Of a stretch of DNA of 55,287 bases, positions 52,818 to 55,287 are shown in pieces. The notes below the pieces were generated by a model. It made no database searches. It had not been told where the DNA came from and saw only the letters and a list, made by a program, of their open reading frames with translations. The DNA comes from Dehalococcoidales bacterium. GTDB lineage: Bacteria; Chloroflexota; Dehalococcoidia; Dehalococcoidales; RBG-16-60-22. Both the position numbers and the translations under genes were made by a program. Every line of letters begins with the position of its first letter. Position 1 is the stretch's first letter. The stretch is taken from assembly GCA_034430675.1 (NCBI GenBank), contig DAOUEB010000048.1, positions 1-55,287 of the forward strand, written 5' to 3'.

Positions 52818-53216
52818 TTATAGCGCCTGCCCTCCCTGATGCAAAATACTGGCGATAGTCTGGCTCAGGTGGTGGGCGCTCAGCGGTTTGATAAGGTAAC
52901 TGCTGGCACCCATGCGTAAAGTCTTCCGGCGCTGTGTTGATTCGGCAATGGCCGTAAGCACGACCACGGGTGTTTCGGAGGACTCGGGATTACGTTTTAT
53001 CTCGCGCAGTATCGACCATCCGTCGGGACCGGGCAACCGTAAATCTAGCAATACCAGAGAGACAGGATTCTCTCTGATTATTTCCATTCCCGCATTGCCG
53101 TCACTGGCTTTAAGTACCTGATACCCTTCGAGTTCCAGCACCCGGGAAATAAAGTTCTGGATATCAGCCTCATCTTCAATAATCAGTACCGTCTTGGGAT
53201 TACGTTTCTTAACCAT
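52818..53216 (-). CDS. Stand-alone CheY-like response regulator
   Basis: VLIIEDE, LVLLDLRLPGPDG, VVVLTA and YLIKP. I moved the start to ATG 53216. Confidence 0.85.
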   Translation of the reverse strand: MVKKRNPKTVLIIEDEADIQNFISRVLELEGYQVLKASDGNAGMEIIRENPVSLVLLDLRLPGPDGWSILREIKRNPESSETPVVVLTAIAESTQRRKTLRMGASSYLIKPLSAHHLSQTIASILHQGGQAL

Positions 53217-53280
53217 AGCCCTATCATGTTTACCTGCCCCGTACAATAGTACTACTGTGCGCATATTGTGTCAAGTATGT

Positions 53281-53354
53281 TGCCATATGGCATATTTATA
53301 GGCTTGATTACAGGGTTAATCTGGTAATAAAGAGTCCATATTTGCCATATGGCG
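53281..53354. promoter_or_regulatory. Two copies of the palindrome TGCCATATGGCA upstream of the orphan response regulator
   Basis: A perfect 12-bp palindrome at 53281-53292. A second copy, TGCCATATGGCG, at 53343-53354, 62 bp away. The half-site TTGCCA/TGGCA is shared with the 49282-49299 palindrome. Confidence 0.45.
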
Positions 53355-53640
53355 GTTTACGGGTGGGCGGCTTCTCCGGCTTACTTGTCGAGGTGAGGCG
53401 TGTAATGATATGTTATGATGAAAAGTGGTGGGGTTTTGGTGGGGACAGATATTAATAGTTCAGCCTGCCAGCGTAGCTCAGTGGTAAAGCACGCTTGAAG
53501 TGGTGTTATGTCTGCAACCATTGTGTCCAGTCTCAGGGGTTCACTCCAGGTGGTTCGGTTAGCTGTTCAGGTTTTGGCTGTTTTCTTTTTGGTTTAATCC
53601 TTGGCATCTCCCTTTCTGCCTCAGAAAAGTAAATGAGAAG

Positions 53641-53713
53641 TACCCCCAAGCGGATTCGAACCGCTGCTGCCGGCGTGAAAGGCCGGTGTCCTAGGCCTCT
53701 AGACGATGGGGGC
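53641..53713 (-). tRNA. tRNA-Glu (anticodon UUC)
   Basis: The reverse complement GCCCCCATCGTCTAGAGGCCTAGGACACCGGCCTTTCACGCCGGCAGCAGCGGTTCGAATCCGCTTGGGGGTA folds as a cloverleaf. The anticodon stem is CCGGC/GCCGG with loop CTTTCAC. The T-loop is GGTTCGAATCC. No CCA is encoded. Confidence 0.9.
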
Positions 53714-53798
53714 ATACCTGTTAAGTATACCAGAGAAGAGTCCGACCAGACAATATATACTGAGGAAGTTTTGCTTGCATTCGGTAGCCAGATACCGG

Positions 53799-53901
53799 CC
53801 TCACCCCTGACCCCTCTCAAATATTCCTCCCCTTCTCCGACCAAATGTCTCCATGGTTATTTTAATCTTGCTGGTCGGAGAGGGGGACACAGGGGGTGAG
53901 G
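53799..53901. repeat. Long imperfect inverted repeat (cctcacccctg ... ccccttctccgacc / ggtcggagaggggg ... cagggggtgagg)
   Basis: The inner 14-bp stem pairs 53829-53842 with 53873-53886, with one G-T pair. The outer stem pairs 53799-53809 with 53890-53901. Confidence 0.7.
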
Positions 53902-54023
53902 AAAAGTAATCAGCTGGGTTTTTATAGAACCAGGCCAGGGCTTTCACGTCTGACTCAGCTTGCCTTAGAAGCACCTTTCATGTTAAATTGTATATAGTGG
54001 ACGAGTTTGCGAGGTGATATTCC

Positions 54024-54278
54024 ATGCCTATTTACGAGTATGAATGCGGTAATTGCGGCTATCGTTTTGAGATGAGACAGGGCTTTAATGATGAACCCCA
54101 GGCGGAGTGCCCGCAGTGTCGAGAGATAGCCCGTCGCGTCTTTCATCCCACGCCGATAATATTCAAGGGAAGCGGTTTCTACGTTACGGACCATCGTAAG
54201 AGCACAGAAACAGAGAAAAGCAAGAGAGAATCAAAAGCAAGCAAGGGGGAATCGGGGGTCAGCAAGAGTTCAAAGTGA
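54024..54278 (+). CDS. FmdB-family zinc-ribbon protein
   Basis: MPIYEYECGNCGYRFE ... CPQC is the CxxC_CxxC_SSSS signature. Confidence 0.85.
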   Translation: MPIYEYECGNCGYRFEMRQGFNDEPQAECPQCREIARRVFHPTPIIFKGSGFYVTDHRKSTETEKSKRESKASKGESGVSKSSK

Positions 54279-54727
54279 AAGCACTGCTTCAGCGAGTTAG
54301 CCGGGCTTCGGTCAGCATTGCCGGTAAAGAGGTGGGGAGGATAGAGGGGGGGCTGGTGGTTTTTCTCGGGGTGGCTGGTGGGGACACGGAAAGAGATGCG
54401 CAGTATTTGATGCAGAAAATCACCAATCTGCGCATTTTTGCTGATGCCGAAGAAAAGTTTAACCTTTCCGCCCTGGATATCAGCGGCGAACTCCTGCTGG
54501 TCAGCCAGTTTACTCTCCTGGCCGACACCCGGAAGGGACGCCGTCCCGGTTTCATCGGGGCGGCGCCGCCGGAGCAGGCTGAGGAACTGTTTAATTATTT
54601 CGTGGGATTGGCCCGTGAGAGCGGTCTGAAGGTGGCCACCGGGCAGTTCCAGCAGTATATGCAGGTGGAAATTCATAACGATGGCCCGGTAACGGTCATG
54701 CTGGATAGCCGCGATAAGTTCGGTTAA
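54275..54727 (+). CDS. dtd: D-aminoacyl-tRNA deacylase
   Basis: MKALLQRV, the SQFTL motif and the GPVT motif near the C-terminus. Confidence 0.9.
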   Translation: MKALLQRVSRASVSIAGKEVGRIEGGLVVFLGVAGGDTERDAQYLMQKITNLRIFADAEEKFNLSALDISGELLLVSQFTLLADTRKGRRPGFIGAAPPEQAEELFNYFVGLARESGLKVATGQFQQYMQVEIHNDGPVTVMLDSRDKFG

Positions 54728-54746
54728 ATATATAGGGGGAAGTGAT

Positions 54747-54959
54747 ATGAGCAGCGATGAAAAGGCCAAGCTGAAGACTCTTTTAAATTACTGGGTGGAG
54801 CATAATCAGGAGCACAGTCAGGAATTCAGGGAATGGGCGGAAAAGGCAAGACAGATGGGTGAGGAGGAAGTAGCCGGGGAAATATTGCAGGCAGTCGGCA
54901 ATATGGACAAGGTCAGCGAGATACTGTCAAAGACACTGAAACGACTGGAGGAGGCATAA
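54747..54959 (+). CDS. Small helical hypothetical protein with a His/Glu cluster
   Basis: 70 aa, WVEHNQEHSQEFREW. It lies immediately upstream of the CooT-like gene. Confidence 0.4.
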   Translation: MSSDEKAKLKTLLNYWVEHNQEHSQEFREWAEKARQMGEEEVAGEILQAVGNMDKVSEILSKTLKRLEEA

Positions 54960-54963
54960 GGCG

Positions 54964-55158
54964 ATGTGTTTGGCGAAGGCATACTTCGGCGGGAAAGGCG
55001 AAAACGAACTACTGATGGAGGAGATTGCCTTGATTAAGGTGGAAGATGGCAAGCTCCTGGTAATGACGCTTTTCGGTGAGAAGAAGGAGATAACGGCCAG
55101 CATCAAGGAGATTGATTTCCGGGCGAGCCGCGTACTCCTGGAGCGGGTAGGGGCTTGA
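54964..55158 (+). CDS. CooT-family (nickel-binding) small protein
   Basis: An N-terminal MC and the pattern LLMEEIALIKVEDGKLLVMTLFGEKKEITASIKEIDF are as in CooT-like proteins. Confidence 0.6.
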   Translation: MCLAKAYFGGKGENELLMEEIALIKVEDGKLLVMTLFGEKKEITASIKEIDFRASRVLLERVGA

Positions 55159-55287
55159 CAGATATATAATAATATAATATAAATAGTATATTGTTACAAG
55201 TAATTGCAGTTGCAAGTAGTTGATATTTCGTCGGACCAGTTGTATAATAGGTAGTGGTGTGTGGGGCAGGGGCTATAAATTTTTTTT

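Noticed and set aside
53467-53492. The tRNA-like string gccagcgtagctcagtggtaaagcac, resembling an acceptor plus D-arm. It could be a second tRNA or an att-site remnant.
   Set aside because: The downstream sequence does not form an anticodon or T arm on either strand, and the D-stem has a mismatch. At most it is a 5' tRNA fragment, and I could find no matching partner repeat in the window.
53533-53899. ORFs 53533..53844 (-) and 53633..53899 (+).
   Set aside because: They overlap tRNA-Glu and the long inverted repeat, so they are not credible coding regions.

Overview
A 55.3-kb bacterial chromosomal window, moderately GC-rich. My impression from gene content and repeat flavour is a Chloroflexota/Dehalococcoidia-like organism, but that is low confidence. 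The backbone is housekeeping: holA 3' end, ROK glucokinase, galU, alaS, ruvX, dnaJ, gpsA-plsY-der, argF, an AI-2E transporter, polA, fpg, DAHP synthase, a macro-domain protein, an S41 protease, RNase P RNA, rnhA, pyrF, tRNA-Glu and dtd. Five kinds of accessory content are embedded in it. (1) An intact IS6/IS26-like element at 5731-7242, with 12-bp perfect terminal inverted repeats, an 8-bp target duplication and a passenger membrane ORF, sits just upstream of the dnaJ promoter. (2) There are visibly AT-rich islets with toxin-antitoxin or defence-like gene sets. One holds a PD-(D/E)xK nuclease-like ORF plus an acidic 71-aa ORF, with hicAB next to it. The other holds an RHH ORF, a Panacea/DUF4065 antitoxin-like ORF and an unknown 145-aa partner. 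(3) A split, streamlined phage-derived gene set is present: TerL at 27.5 kb, and portal, scaffold, capsid, LamG, adaptor-like, hub and mini-spike genes at 35.9-43.3 kb. It has no integrase, replication, lysis, tube, sheath or tape-measure genes in the window. Its two modules start with homologous promoters carrying the same 15-bp Cheo/SOS-box-like operator. They are separated by cargo that includes two paralogous giant IPT/TIG-Fn3 surface proteins. (4) A SipW-type (ER/archaeal-type) signal peptidase operon carries two paralogous secreted proteins and an adjacent XRE / histidine kinase / OmpR / LuxR regulator block. I read it as a candidate TasA-like fibre system. (5) Several families of short palindromic dispersed repeats occupy intergenic spaces, including inside the phage-like operon. 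All functional calls rest on motif recognition by eye; no database search was possible.
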